Below, in pieces: positions 34,254-46,900 of a stretch of 64,000 nt of DNA. The translations under genes were made by a program, and so were the position numbers. Under the pieces are notes generated by a model that saw only the letters and a list, made by a program, of their open reading frames with translations, did no database searches and was not told the origin of the DNA. Origin of the DNA: an uncultured candidate division Zixibacteria bacterium (lineage in GTDB: Bacteria; Zixibacteria; MSB-5A5; UBA10806). The stretch lies in NCBI GenBank assembly GCA_963801605.1, contig CAWDFP010000006.1, positions 224,001 to 288,000 on the forward strand, in the 5' to 3' direction. Within the stretch, counting starts at the first letter, position 1. The number at the start of each line of letters is the position of its first letter.

Positions 34254-37200
34254 TTATTGGCCAGCTCCGTTCTGTGCAGGAGCATTAATGACAGGCGTTC
34301 CAGGGTTCAGAAGAATGTCGCCAGCAGGCAAGCAGTCGGGGCATCCATGAACCATCGGACCACCCTTGAAGTAGCTCACCATGAAGGTAACATCGAGACC
34401 GTTGAAGGAACAGGACGCATTAACGTCACCAGCGACAAACCAGGTATGACCAGGTGTGCATTCGCAGGAGTACGGCGGAGGCGGACCACCCTTGAAGTAA
34501 CCAACTGAGTAAGTTACGTCAAGACCGTTGAATACCTGACTGTTGTTGGCATCACCGACGTGATAGTTGCAGGTGCCGCCACCCGTAATCTGGAAGGTAA
34601 CGGGGATAGTGTGCACTGCAATTGTAGGCTCGTTGGTGGTAATAATGACTGCACCATAGTAGGTACCCACCGCGAGACCGGTACCGTTCATCATAACGTT
34701 CATCTGGGTAGTATTACCAGGAGCAACGCTGAATGAGGTCTGGTCGATTGTGAGCCATGGAGTAAAGGTGGTGCCCATTAAGCACAGCGAAAGGTCATAG
34801 GCGCCGACCGTAAATGTCGCACCGCCATCAGGCGATTGCAGCGACATCATATCGCCACCAAATGAATCCTGCCAGAGGAAGTTACAACCGTCAACGCTGA
34901 TATCCTGAACTGAAATCCAGCCAGAGAACAGGGTGACTTCTTCCGGTAGAGTAACATCGAATTCCACTTCCGGCCATCCATTGAAGAGATTACCGGTTTG
35001 GACTGGGCTGACAGAAACATCATAAGATGCAATCTCAGCGCCGGGGAATCCGCCAGCATCCTGATAGAACTTAACCTGGAGCATTGCAGGATCTTCAACG
35101 CATGAAGACCAACCAGCGTTGTATGTAAGCTGGAGACCCCATACCTTAACTTCGTTGATGTGAGCGGTTAGGCCAACGAAGCTCTCATAAGCAGTATATC
35201 CAAGCTCTGCAGAAGAAGTGGCAAATGTCCAAGCTTCATCAGGTAGAGTCGGACCCTGGGAGACGATCGAACCTTCGGGGCAACCCGGAGGAGGAGGAGG
35301 AGGTACGACGGCCGCTATATTCAGCGTGTAAGAGCCTGAGGCACCAGTATAACCATCAACAACAACCAGGATTTGCTGGCCGGCTAATAATGGAATGTTG
35401 GTGAGCTCTGACTGCAGACCGCAAGCGTCATCATTACCGCAGATGATGTCGGCCTCGGTAGGCTCGGTCGGGCAGGTGAAGTTGTAGAGAAGCAGACCGG
35501 AATCGTAACCGCTGCCGCAGAGCGAGAAGGTGTAGATGCTGTCATACGGAGCAGTCCACTTGAAGGTCACATCGGGGCCGGCGCAAGAGCCATTGGCGAA
35601 GAAGGAACCCTGCCAGCAGGCGGGCTGAGCAGTAAATGGACCGTAGTTATTTGCATAACCAGCAGTAGTACCAGCATCGCTGACTGGCTCGGTGTTGCCG
35701 AGATCGATGAAGTCGGCGCAGTTATCACCGCCCTGGAGAATCGCACGCTGATCCTTCGGGGGCATCGGGACTTCAACCTTCAACGGAGTTGGAGGAGCAG
35801 AAATTGCGCCCTTGTTATCAATCGGAGTGGGCGGCAGAGTCCGCAACGGTGATGGAGCCTGAATTGTGATATAAGCAGTACCGTCTAACTGAGCGTCACC
35901 AGTATTGCTAATGGTAAGAAGCTGGTTAGCGGAACCACCTGGCGCAGCCTGACCATTAACTTCGGTCGGGTTTACGCCAAAGATCGGTACGCCGCAAACG
36001 ATGGCGCCAGTGCAAGGCACGCCATCATCGGTGATATCGAGTTGGAAATCACCAGTAGCGCCGCCGTAACCCTGAACCAAAACCAGGTAGGTGGCTGTGG
36101 GATCGGAACACCAGCTAAGAGAGCTTCTTAAACCAAACTCAACGCAGTTATCATCATTACCGCCGACGCAGATCGGAGTCTCGCAGCTATAGCAGAAGAC
36201 GTTGATCTTGGTGTCATAGGTAGTGTAAGCATTACAGGTTGAGGCAGTCATGGTGTTGCCGGTACCTTGAACGCTGTACCAAATACCAGCGGCGTCAATT
36301 GTGGTTCCGCAAGTCGGGAACTCGGAATCGAGAGTAGCATCAGCTGTAGAGCCGACTTCCGTGCCGGGAACAGTCATTTGAATCGCGCCGCTGCACAGAT
36401 CGTTGGCAGGCGGAGGCGGGCAGGCGGTACCGTTTACATTAAGTGTATACGGGCCAACTGAGCCAGTGGCGGGATCGTTCATAACTGGATAATAATAAGT
36501 TCCGGCAGGAACGTGGCGGAATACGACAGTAACATTGCCGTCGGGGCAAGTTGTTACGTCGAACGAGAAGTAGGGGACAGTGCCGGTGCAGGGGCAATCG
36601 ATTGCCATGCCCAGCCAGGCATTACCGAAAGCAGGAGTGGTGCCGCAGTAATCGACTGTAATGTCGAGGCACTCTGTGGTGGTAAAGCCTTCCCATACAT
36701 TCGCGAAGGAAGAGAAGCTGGCGCAATCACCAATTGCTAATGCATTAGTGTTGTCACCGGTGAAGGTCAACGGTGTTCCAGCAACTAACGGTACTGGGAC
36801 CACGTTTTCGCACAGGTCGTTCGGAGGAGGAGGAGGAGGAGTAGTCAGGGTTACGGATGCCACATAGTCGGCTCCGCAAGGTACCCCTGTGAACACTGAC
36901 GGGCCGACCCACAACCAGTAGGTGCCGGCGGTCACGGTAGTGGAAATTGTAAGAGGAGTGCACTCGATTGCAGTGCCACTTGCGAGAGTAATTGCGCCGG
37001 CGCAACCATTGTTACCATCAAGGATGAACAGAAGCAGCGGGAATTCCGCATCGACTGTGAAATTGATGGTCTTGAGTTCGCTAACGGTCAACTGATACCA
37101 GTCGGTATCGCGATAGTTGAGGCCGGTGAACATGAATGTACCAGAAGTTCCGCAAATGACGTCGCCGTCAAAGAGATCCTGGAAAACCGCTGGGTCTGAA

Positions 37201-39214
37201 TTGCAGCCGCCATTGGTGACGTCAACATATTCGTCATAGCAAGTCGGCTCACCTTCGGGCACGCCCTCAGGAGGACAGGTAACGACGCACGGAGGTTCGT
37301 AAGTAACGTCGAGTTGGTATGGGCCGCAATAAGTGTCGCTAAAACCTTCCACGGTCAGATAAACTACGCCCGCGGTAAGATTAGTAACTCTAAGTTCGGA
37401 CATTAAGCCAGGGCAATTGAGGCCGTCGTCATTATAGCCCAGGTCCTGGGAACAGGGCGACGTACCGAGGTAAATATAGGAATCCCAATCGGTAGCTGAA
37501 TTGCACAAGCTGAATGTATAAGTACCATCATTGGGAAGTGTGATTTCCCAGATCTGATCTTCGGAAGCGCGCAAGGTGCAATTGTTGATAGCGCCGCAGG
37601 TATTGCCATCAGTCCAGGTACCGGGAGCGGTAACTTGGAAATCTGCTGTCGGCGGAGGAGGAGGATCAGTAACGGAAGCCGTAACATAGTACGGGGTTCC
37701 GCAGGTCACGCCTGTAAATACCGACGGACCTATGAAAATGTAATAATCGCCAGGATCAACCACGGCGGAAAGAACGCCGGTGGAGCATGGCAGAACGGTC
37801 AACGGGCCGGCAGTGACACCACCGGGGCAGGGAGCTGAAATGATGTACATTAACATCGGGAATTCAGCAACTGCTGTAGCGGTAATGGTCTTGCGCTCGG
37901 CAACCGAAAGGGTGTACCAATCGGTATCACGATATTGTAAACCGGTGAACAAGTATGTGCCGGCTGTTGCGCAGATGGTCTCGCCATCTACGATTGTTCC
38001 AAATACGTTTGGAGTGGAATTGCAGCCGCCATTGGTGACGTCAACATATTCGTCATAGCAATCGGGCTCGCCTTCCGGTGTATTTGGATCGGGGCATACT
38101 ACGTTGCACTCGGTGGCCGCATTAATGGTCAGCATGAAATCTGAAATGCAAGTGGGGGACGGCCAGGTATCAATCATAATATAATAAGTGCCCGCTGTAA
38201 GGTTAATTGCAGGAAATCCGTGCGGGGTAGAGCCGCCCATTGTGCTGGTGGCAATACAGGTTGTCGGATTTGGCGGGCAGGCGTTATCGATCAAAATACC
38301 AGTCCAGGTGGTACCAAGAGGATCAAGGTTGATTCCATAAGTACCATCTTCAGTAACGTCGAGCTGGTAGATGATGTCTTCGCCACCATCGTATGAACCC
38401 AGGCAGGTAGCATTATAATCGTCGAGTCTGCCGCAGGTATGGTTTTCGTCAGAATAGGGCAGCTGAGCAGGAAGAGTAACGACGATTGGGTCTGTGCAGT
38501 TGTCGCCGGGAGTCGGGGCAGGGGTTTCGGTAACGTTCAAAGTGTAGTCGCCGGTGTAAGTGCTGTAACCGGTAACAACAATGTAATAGGTGTGTCCGGC
38601 CAGAACAGGAACGTTATCGACTTCAGATGCGGTACCGCAGAAATCGTCGTTGCAGGCGATTTGCGTAGAAGCATCGCCGTCATAGATGGCAATGCCGGTG
38701 TCGAAAGTGGAGCCGCACAGGGAGGCGTTAATCGCACCATCAGCAGCGGGAGCGTAGAAGTATACCACGTCCGCACCGCTTGAACCCAGGCAGCTCGGGC
38801 TATAGTCGTGGGCATAGCCAACGTTTGTGCCAGCATCCGAATACGGAAGCGACGGAATCTCCGTGGCATCAGCAAAAGTATCGCCACCCTGGAGGATAAC
38901 TCTCTGGTCAACCGGAGGAAGAGTGCCGCCGGAAACCTTAACGATTTCTGGATGGACTGGCACTGTTGAGTTATCAGTAGCAGAGGTCATCGGCTGAGCC
39001 GAGGCTGGCTTAGCTTTCGAGGTTTGTTTTTGAACTACCGGCTGTAGATTGGTTGTTGCCTGATGAGTCGCATCAATAGCCGCTTGGGGAGAGGTAGAGC
39101 AGGACGGAGAGTAGTAACCTGAGGCTGCTCACCCTTTACCACGGAATTGCCTGCGAAAGCAAAGCTCCAACACAACAGCATAATAGCCAAAGACAATAGA
39201 AGAGTTTTCTTCAT
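34254..39214 (-). CDS. Large (~1650 aa) secreted Cys/acidic-rich multidomain protein (repeated PPC-like beta-sandwiches, Ig-like domains) ending in a dockerin-like module; frameshift at ~39085-39110
   Basis: Signal peptide MKKTLLLSLAIMLLCWSFAFA in ORF 39035..39226; repeated SLCGSxFDT..CNDDxCG and EGEPxCYDEYVDVTNGGCNS domains; poly-Pro linkers; GDANNSQVFNGLDVTY...GDVNASCSFNGLDVTF; no CTD. Confidence 0.8.
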
Positions 39215-39342
39215 ATCGTTCTCCAATTAATCTTCAGTTTGAAAAAAAAGCGAAACTAACGAAACCTAAGGTCCTGATTTCCTGTTGGTTTTTTACGGTT
39301 TACGAAGAATAGAAGTCACTATAAAAAATGCAGCTTCTGCAA

Positions 39343-39353
39343 TCACCTCCTTC
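39343..39353 (-). promoter_or_regulatory. Orphan perfect Shine-Dalgarno (GAAGGAGGTGA), 129 nt upstream of the 39214 start
   Basis: No properly spaced start codon follows. The same 11-mer sits at the same offset upstream of the 57799 gene. Confidence 0.55.
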
Positions 39354-39539
39354 GTTACTTTTAGTATTTGATTGATTTCTAAAATAAACATAAGTAGAAA
39401 TTAGCGTTGCTGATTTGCTTTGTAATTTCACTTTACCCGAAAGATCCTCCAGAGAAGTTGTCATTCTGGATATGCAGGAATATAGATTGATCCGCTATAA
39501 ATTAAAGCAGGACCCGTCACCAAATATCCCGCAACTGAT

Positions 39540-39567
39540 AATATAAGATTATCGAATATCTTGTCAA
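39540..39567 (-). promoter_or_regulatory. Putative sigma70 promoter of the 39214 gene (~320-nt leader)
   Basis: Minus strand TTGACA-N16-TATATT. Confidence 0.5.
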
Positions 39568-39642
39568 GCCAATTATCCAAAGTTCCCATCTTTTAAATTA
39601 GCTTTATTACACCCGAAAATGCCTCTTAATTCGATGAATTAT

Positions 39643-42432
39643 TTAGCGCTTGCAGTTCCCGGCAAAAGGCGGAGGACCTCCCTTTAAGAAGGTCACCAGG
39701 TAGGTGACATCCAAACCATTGACTGAGCATGAGCCATTGGCATCAGCGCGCAAAATAGGATCGGGGGGCGGCGGGCCTCCCTTCAGGTAGCTGATCAAAT
39801 AAACAACATCCAAACCGTTAACGTCACCCGAGCCGTTAGCGTCGCCAGGGACAAAGGTTGGCCCAATAAGTGTAGTATCCACAAGCGTTTGCGCTTCGGG
39901 AGCACCTGTAAACGGTTCAAGATTTCCGGCCAGATCGCGGGCTCGGGCCTCGAAATAATAAGTATGGCCATTTAATCCGGAGAATGTTGATGATAGTCCT
40001 GAAATGCCTATTCGCCAGTCAACCCAGGTTCCTCCGGATCCATCGCGCGAACGGACATCGTAAATGCCTGAGAGACCGGAACCTACATCGCCTCCCGTGC
40101 TCCAGCTGACATTGAAATTGAGCAAATTGGTCTGTTCCGGTGACGAGGCGACACATCCGGACGGCGGAACATTATCAAACTTGATCGTATCCTGAGCACG
40201 GTTCAGGCATGATTTATTTCCGGCGCCATCGACCAGCCACAGGTATAGAATTGACTGGCCGCTGACAAGGGCGGTGTAGCTTACCGGCGGAGTGCTGGAT
40301 AGATGTCCGGTGGTGTCGTTATCCGAACCTGGGACTGAACCAACTTTATAAAAGGCCTGAACAATACCGGAAGGATCTGTCGGGTTGGTCCAATTCAGGG
40401 AGAAGACCGGATTGGTCGTCCAGGTATGGGGCGTGATGGCGAAGCCAATCGGAGCATTAGGAGCGGTATTATCGAGGGTGAAAGCTCGGCTGGCATAAGT
40501 GGCAAAATTACCGGCAACATCCCGCGCTCTGACGCGCCAGAAAATCCGGCTATCGGCAGGTAAATTTGACGCTGGGGTATAATTCGTGATGGTTGTGGAA
40601 TCGTTAACCGTCTGCGGGTTGGCAAAAAGCGAATCTGTATCGATTTGAATGAAATATTTGCTGATGCCCGATCCGCCAACGTCAGTTACGGTCTGCCAGG
40701 AAAAAGCGGGACGGCGATTATTGGTGAAAGCGTTCTGGGCCGGGGCTACCAATACAGCCGTATTGGGCTTGCGGGTATCTATTTTGAATGATGAAGTTGG
40801 CGTGTAGCTTGTCCAAATCGTGCCGTTACCGGCTCTGGTTCGCCAGTACCAGGTACCGTCTATAAGGCTATCGGGCGATACATAGGTCGTATCCGTAATC
40901 GTGGAATCGTTGATATCGGGCGAAGCGAAGGTGGTCTGCTGATCGACCTGGAGATGGTAAACAGTCGCCTGGGCAGTATCAATCCAGATAAATGTGGGAT
41001 GAGGATTATTTATCCAAACCGCTGCGATGGGCGAAACGTTTATCGGCACCGCCACGGGTATCCCCAGGCCGGCTACCGCGCTGGCAGCATTGATTCGGCC
41101 ATGGCCAAGCTGATTGGGATAGCCCGGATTCAAGGAACTGATATCATCGGCGGTATTTTCAATGCGGGTTATCACTGCGGCCCGCGTCATCGACGGCGCG
41201 AGGGCTCGAATCAGCCCCACCAGCCCGACCACATGAGGGGCGGCCATCGAAGTGCCATCCATATAAGTATAGGTATCGTTAAAATAGGTCGAATAGATAT
41301 TGACTCCGGGAGCAGAGATATCAACCCAACTTCCGTAATTCGAAAAAGTAGCTTTATGATCGGTTTGGTCGGTCGCCGCCACCGCGACGACATCGCTTCT
41401 GGTGCAAAGATAAGGAGCAGTGGTATTATCATCGTTGCCGGCGGCTGAGACTATTACGATGCCGGCATTGGAGGCATGAGTGGCCGCTAAAGCAATACCG
41501 CCGGAATTATCTGATCCCCAGGAGCAATTAATCGCTTTGGCGCCATTGTCAGCGGCATAATCAAAAGCTGACGCCGCATAGCTCATCTGGACATAGCCGT
41601 TGCCATCGGTGCCTTCATAGCCGATTCTCAAACACATGATCGAACATTTAAAGCCCAAACCGGCGATGCCGGTGCTGTTGTTGGTTTCAGCCGAGGCGAT
41701 GCCGGCGCAGTGAGTCCCATGACCATAATGATCCATTGGATTATTATCCGGGACACTGCCATCATCGGTAGGATCGACCGGAGGCCAGAACGGGCTATCG
41801 ACCCAATCCCAGCCGCGGATATCATCGATATAGTTGTTGCCATCGTCGTCGATGCCATTGACGGGATCGTCAAAATTATACCAGATATTGCCATCGAGAT
41901 CGGGATGATCCCAGTCCACGCCGGTATCGGCAATTCCCAGAATGACTGTGGAATCGCCGCGGCCGACATCCCAGGCCTGGCGGGCGTCGATGGTTGTCAG
42001 CGCCCATTGAGAACTCAGGGAGGGATCGTTGGGACTATAAAAGACGCGGTGAATGCCATCAGGCTCGACATGCTCGATGGTGGCGAGCTTGGCGTAAGCT
42101 TCGAGGACTAACTCGAGATCAACCGTATTTTTAAATATCAACGAATAATATCCGGCCATAGCCTTTTCTCCACGCTTCTCTGCGCCGGGGAAAAGGGGAC
42201 GTATCCGAACAACTTCAAATTGACGATTTAAGGCATCAATATCCTGTAATCCGGTAACAATAATCCCCTGATTTACGACCGGAGATACGGGAGCATATTG
42301 AGGCTTAATTGCGATAACTATATTATTGGGAGAATAGGTAACACCATCTTCTAAGTACTTTGCATGGGATATGTTGGGGATCGAGACAAGTGCGGCTAGT
42401 AGTAATACCAGAGCCGCTCCATAGCATTTCAC
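39643..42432 (-). CDS. Secreted S8 subtilisin-like serine protease with Fn3/Ig-like domains and a C-terminal dockerin-like module
   Basis: Catalytic triad GIADTGVD / HGTHCAG / GTSMAAPHV; prodomain; GDANGSGDVNGLDVVYL...ADANGSCSVNGLDVTYL; no CTD. Confidence 0.92.
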   Translation of the reverse strand: MKCYGAALVLLLAALVSIPNISHAKYLEDGVTYSPNNIVIAIKPQYAPVSPVVNQGIIVTGLQDIDALNRQFEVVRIRPLFPGAEKRGEKAMAGYYSLIFKNTVDLELVLEAYAKLATIEHVEPDGIHRVFYSPNDPSLSSQWALTTIDARQAWDVGRGDSTVILGIADTGVDWDHPDLDGNIWYNFDDPVNGIDDDGNNYIDDIRGWDWVDSPFWPPVDPTDDGSVPDNNPMDHYGHGTHCAGIASAETNNSTGIAGLGFKCSIMCLRIGYEGTDGNGYVQMSYAASAFDYAADNGAKAINCSWGSDNSGGIALAATHASNAGIVIVSAAGNDDNTTAPYLCTRSDVVAVAATDQTDHKATFSNYGSWVDISAPGVNIYSTYFNDTYTYMDGTSMAAPHVVGLVGLIRALAPSMTRAAVITRIENTADDISSLNPGYPNQLGHGRINAASAVAGLGIPVAVPINVSPIAAVWINNPHPTFIWIDTAQATVYHLQVDQQTTFASPDINDSTITDTTYVSPDSLIDGTWYWRTRAGNGTIWTSYTPTSSFKIDTRKPNTAVLVAPAQNAFTNNRRPAFSWQTVTDVGGSGISKYFIQIDTDSLFANPQTVNDSTTITNYTPASNLPADSRIFWRVRARDVAGNFATYASRAFTLDNTAPNAPIGFAITPHTWTTNPVFSLNWTNPTDPSGIVQAFYKVGSVPGSDNDTTGHLSSTPPVSYTALVSGQSILYLWLVDGAGNKSCLNRAQDTIKFDNVPPSGCVASSPEQTNLLNFNVSWSTGGDVGSGLSGIYDVRSRDGSGGTWVDWRIGISGLSSTFSGLNGHTYYFEARARDLAGNLEPFTGAPEAQTLVDTTLIGPTFVPGDANGSGDVNGLDVVYLISYLKGGPPPPDPILRADANGSCSVNGLDVTYLVTFLKGGPPPFAGNCKR

Positions 42433-42478
42433 AAGAAAATTCTCCTTTCTCGGTAGGGCCGATAACCTCGAGCAAGTT

Positions 42479-43957
42479 TTATTTCAAGAAAGACAGCTTG
42501 GTTGTCTGCGTCTGGGAATCGCCCTGCAGGCGTACGAAATAAGTTCCGCTGGCAACCTCTCCTCCGGCCTCATCGCTGCCATCCCAGATGATTTGTCCGG
42601 AACCGGCCGGCTGATAGCCGCTGAGCAGGGTTTTCACTTTTCTTCCCAGAATATCATAAATCGCCATCTGATATTGGCCGGCATCAGGCAGATTGAAACT
42701 TAACAGGGTCGATCTGTTGAATGGGTTGGGGTAGCCTGAAAGCGTAAGGACGGTTTTGGATTGGATCACGTCGCCGCCTGACTGAGCCCCATTCAAATTA
42801 TAGACGGGAGTAATTGTCTGACCGTTATTATCCGAAAAATCGGCGCTTTCTATGCTGAACGGCCGGCCGTCGGGACCCTCGGGCTGATCAAAATGAAGAC
42901 TAAAGAGCTTGCCGCCGGTGAAGGAATTGTTGGAGGCATCCCAATTTACTATGGTGATTCTCAAATAGCCATCCACGAAATTGCAGTACATCTGCATATA
43001 GGCGGCATCAGGAGCCAGCGCTATTTCGCTGGGCGTAACACCGTTGTCGGGCAGATAGATTATAAAGGATGCTCCTCCCAGTGGAATATTATTTTCGATA
43101 GAGATATCATAATTTTCGCCGGATGGCGAGAGCGATAAAGCCTTAGGCGGCGCGCCTTCGGGCTCCCAATTAGAACCGCCTAATGGCATATCGGGCCAGG
43201 ATCTATCCAGAATGGAATCCTGGGTCACTACCCTGAGCAGAAAAACCAGATCCGCAATCGTGGCCTGAACGCCGTCGCGGTTGCAATCGGAGTTGGCATA
43301 CTGACAGCGATTGAAATGGGCGGTACCGTTAAAAAAGTTGAGAAATAAAACGGCATCAGCGATTTCATAGGGATAAGTGTTGAGATTTATATCGCCGTAG
43401 AGCGGATGTTTAAGAATCATATCTCCCTGGTGCAGGATAAGCAGAGGGGGATTGACCCGATCGTTGGTTTCCAGAACGATAAAATTATCGGGATAAGGAG
43501 TTACGGGATCCTCGTAATATCCGAAATGGGTCAAAAAATCATAACCGATATCCCTGGTGGACACCACAAAAGATATCCAGGCAATGGTGGTATCGCCTCG
43601 CAGCGGAGCCACTGTGGGCGGAGGCGGTAGATCGGTTACCAGGCTCATTTTGATTTTTCCCGGAAGGCTCAGATCATAGGTAAAACTTTGAAAGAACATG
43701 TTGGGCGCCATCAGGGTGGGAGTCAGAACAACGGGATCATAAGTGATAATGAGATTGACTCGAACCGTAGGCCGTGATACCGAAATTTTGATGGGCACAA
43801 AATATTGAGGGTCTCCCAGGCAGGCATCCATAGGTGCGCCGAAGGAAATATCATAATTTTCGGTAATATGCGGCGGTTCACCGGGACGGAGATCGGCCCT
43901 ACAGGGAATCCAGAGTAATCCCGTTAATAATCCGATCGCTATAAGTGTCCGCTTCAT
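42479..43957 (-). CDS. Secreted cohesin-like + dockerin-like + cohesin-like protein with FlgD/T9SS-type CTD
   Basis: FVPIKIS...VNLIITYDPVVL cohesin-like strands; YGDINLN...EIADAV / NSDCNRDG..TIADLV; GYPNPFN...WDGSD...KLSFLK. Confidence 0.7.
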   Translation of the reverse strand: MKRTLIAIGLLTGLLWIPCRADLRPGEPPHITENYDISFGAPMDACLGDPQYFVPIKISVSRPTVRVNLIITYDPVVLTPTLMAPNMFFQSFTYDLSLPGKIKMSLVTDLPPPPTVAPLRGDTTIAWISFVVSTRDIGYDFLTHFGYYEDPVTPYPDNFIVLETNDRVNPPLLILHQGDMILKHPLYGDINLNTYPYEIADAVLFLNFFNGTAHFNRCQYANSDCNRDGVQATIADLVFLLRVVTQDSILDRSWPDMPLGGSNWEPEGAPPKALSLSPSGENYDISIENNIPLGGASFIIYLPDNGVTPSEIALAPDAAYMQMYCNFVDGYLRITIVNWDASNNSFTGGKLFSLHFDQPEGPDGRPFSIESADFSDNNGQTITPVYNLNGAQSGGDVIQSKTVLTLSGYPNPFNRSTLLSFNLPDAGQYQMAIYDILGRKVKTLLSGYQPAGSGQIIWDGSDEAGGEVASGTYFVRLQGDSQTQTTKLSFLK

Positions 43958-43974
43958 CCTCACCAGCCTCAATC

Positions 43975-46900
43975 CTACAAGCCGTCGGAATTAAGCTGAC
44001 CAACCGGCACAATTTTAATGTCGGTCTTCCCGCCTATTAACAATGGCGGCGGAGGTCCGCCCTTAAAATAGTTTAGCAGATAAACAACGTCAAGCCCGTT
44101 AACGACGCCATTGCCGTTAGCGTCGGCGGCCTCCATTACAGGCGGCCGCGGTCCACCTTTGAAGTAGTTGACCAGATATATGACATCTAAACCGTTAAGT
44201 TCGCCGCTATTATTGGCATCACCGCGGATATAAGTTATAACGGTAAATACGATCCGCAAGGAATCCGTAAGACCAAGAGGATCGGTTGCCACCAGAGTTG
44301 CTACTGTATCGCCATGCTGCAGGGGTTGCGGTATCCAGTATAGGGCAGCCTGATTGTTGCCATGATCCGTCAGGGTCATGCCGAATGGCAAATTGTAAGC
44401 TGATGTTATAGTCAGCAAGTCGCCATCATAATCGGTAGCCGTAAGGGTAATATTCAGGGTATCGTTGGCTCTCATGCGGTGATTCGGTTCTCTGGCGAAT
44501 ATAGGCGGATGATTTCCGGCCAGGATTACATTGATAACTACCAATTGCGAATCCGACATGGCTGGATTGCTTCGATCGCGACATCCGAGGTAAAGATTAT
44601 GAGTCCCGATATCGGCAATTCTCGGGCGCCATTGAAGCGTGCCAGAGCCCTGATTGTTATCCAGGAAAGTTGCCGAGTCTGGTTTTCCCCGCTGGAATAG
44701 GATTGGCGGTATGGAATCGGGATCGGTGGCAACGAAATTTATCGTGATCAAGAATCCATCGCCGAGAGTCGTATCGGCCGGGATATAACCGAGAATCGGC
44801 CGACGATTGACATTAAGGATTGTGATGCGGACGGTTCTTATGGTGAAAATATTCGGATCGACAGCATCGACCGCAATGAACCGCGCTGAATCAACCCCCG
44901 CCTGGAAATAACTGGGATTGAAATTGAAGAATCCGGTACCGTCGCCGTTATCCACGAAAGATGCGTTAGGCGGGATATGTCCCACAGTGAGATGCGAGAT
45001 AGTAGCGTCTTCATCATGCGATACCACCGTGAAGGCCAGATTGGCGCCCTCATTGACCGTGAAGGGTCCGATGGAATCTATGGTCGGAGCTCTATTAATA
45101 TTTATTACATTAATGCTGACTTCGGCAGAATCCGCCACGTCGGGATATTCTCTATCTATGGCGAGGAAAGTAACATGATAGGTTCCATTCTGGGAATAGC
45201 TGGGCGAGAACGTAAACAATCCTCGGCCATTACCGCTATCAGCAAGCGTCGAATTCAGGGGCATATTATGGGCAGTAAGGATTGGCACTATGGAATCGGG
45301 GTCGGATGAGGAAACGCGGAGACGCAGAACCATTCCTTCGTTTATGGACCAATTGGACATGGGAGTGATTCTTGGTCTCTGGTTACCGGCTTCCAGCACC
45401 GTTAGGGTTGTGCTTTGAGTATCTGCGTACTGACCATCGGAGGCCAAAAACGACAGATTGTAAACTCCGGCCTGATTATAGAGGGCGTGATAATTTAGCG
45501 ATCCGTGACCATTAGTCGAATCTATGAAAACCATATTACTCAAAGCTCCGATGATGCTGAGCGCGGGGCGAGTCGAATCGGGGTCTGTGGAGATAAGGTG
45601 GATTGCCAGACTGTCGCCCTCGGTAATGGTAAATGCGCCGATCGGATTTAATGTCGGCGGTTGATTGCCTAAATCGTGTATCTGGATGAGGCCCGGCTTG
45701 GTATCGATGAGATTTCCGTCGGTAGCCGCGAAATTTATGATGTAGATACCGCTCTGGGTATAATCGGGGTGGAAGATAAAGCGCCCGACTCCGCCGCCAA
45801 GATCCTCGAATGTGGAATTGACGGGAATTCGCGGCTCGGTTAATGAATTGATAAACAAAGTCACAGGATCGCCGTCGGGATCAATTGCATGGAGGGCCAG
45901 AGTAAGCGTATCACCCTGATCAATCTCGCTTGGCGGGACCTGTTGAAGCAGGGGCCGGCGGTTAACATTATTAATTCTGAAATGAACCCATCGATTTGCC
46001 GAAAGAGGCGGCACATCGCTATCGACCGCCACAAAGTAAGCTGAATCCACTCCAGCTTGATTAAAAGCCGGCTGGAATACAAAACGTCCGATTCCATTTC
46101 CGATAATGGTAAGAGTGGCGTTGGGCGGCATATAGCCGTGGGTTAGAGAAAGGGTCCCGGGCTGGTAATCGGTTGAATCGTAAACCACAACAGTATCGAC
46201 CAGAGCGACACCTTCGGCAACAACGGTATCTCCCCTGAATGAAATCCAGGGCGCGCGATTGACATCGGTGACGGTAATAGCGACATCCTCATAATCCGTG
46301 AGACCGCCGTTATCCATTGCGATGAATCTGACCGAATGCACTCCCGCCGAGTAATAATCCGGATGGTAAACAAAGCGTCCGGTGCCATTGCGATTATCTA
46401 CAAAGCTTGAGAAGCCGGGAGGATTATCCAAATATAAGAACGGAATAAAACCCTCAGGATCGACTGCCGAGACATTGACAACTAAAGAATCGCCCTCGGC
46501 TACTGTCCGCGGTCCGATGGGAGCCAGCACAGGGTATTGGTTCCCCTGCTCAGCCACATAGATTCTGGTGGCGGCCGAATCGAAAGCAACGCCATCGAAG
46601 GCGCGAAACATGATTACATAATTTCCGGCCTGCTGGAAATTGGGATGGAAATTAAGAGTTCCGGTTCCGTTGGAATTATCCACGAAAGTCATATTGGTAT
46701 AAAGCGGCACGGCCGAAAGCGCCAGCGGATTGCCATCGGCATCTGTAGCCGCGATATTTACCCTGAGTGACTCGCCTTCAGTTACATAATAGGCGGTGTC
46801 GATACTCGCCAAGCGAGGGGCCTGGTTTCCGGCATCGAGAACAGTTATTCGGACGATTTCTGAATCGGCCAGAGAGCTATCCGCGGTAATAAAGGTAACG

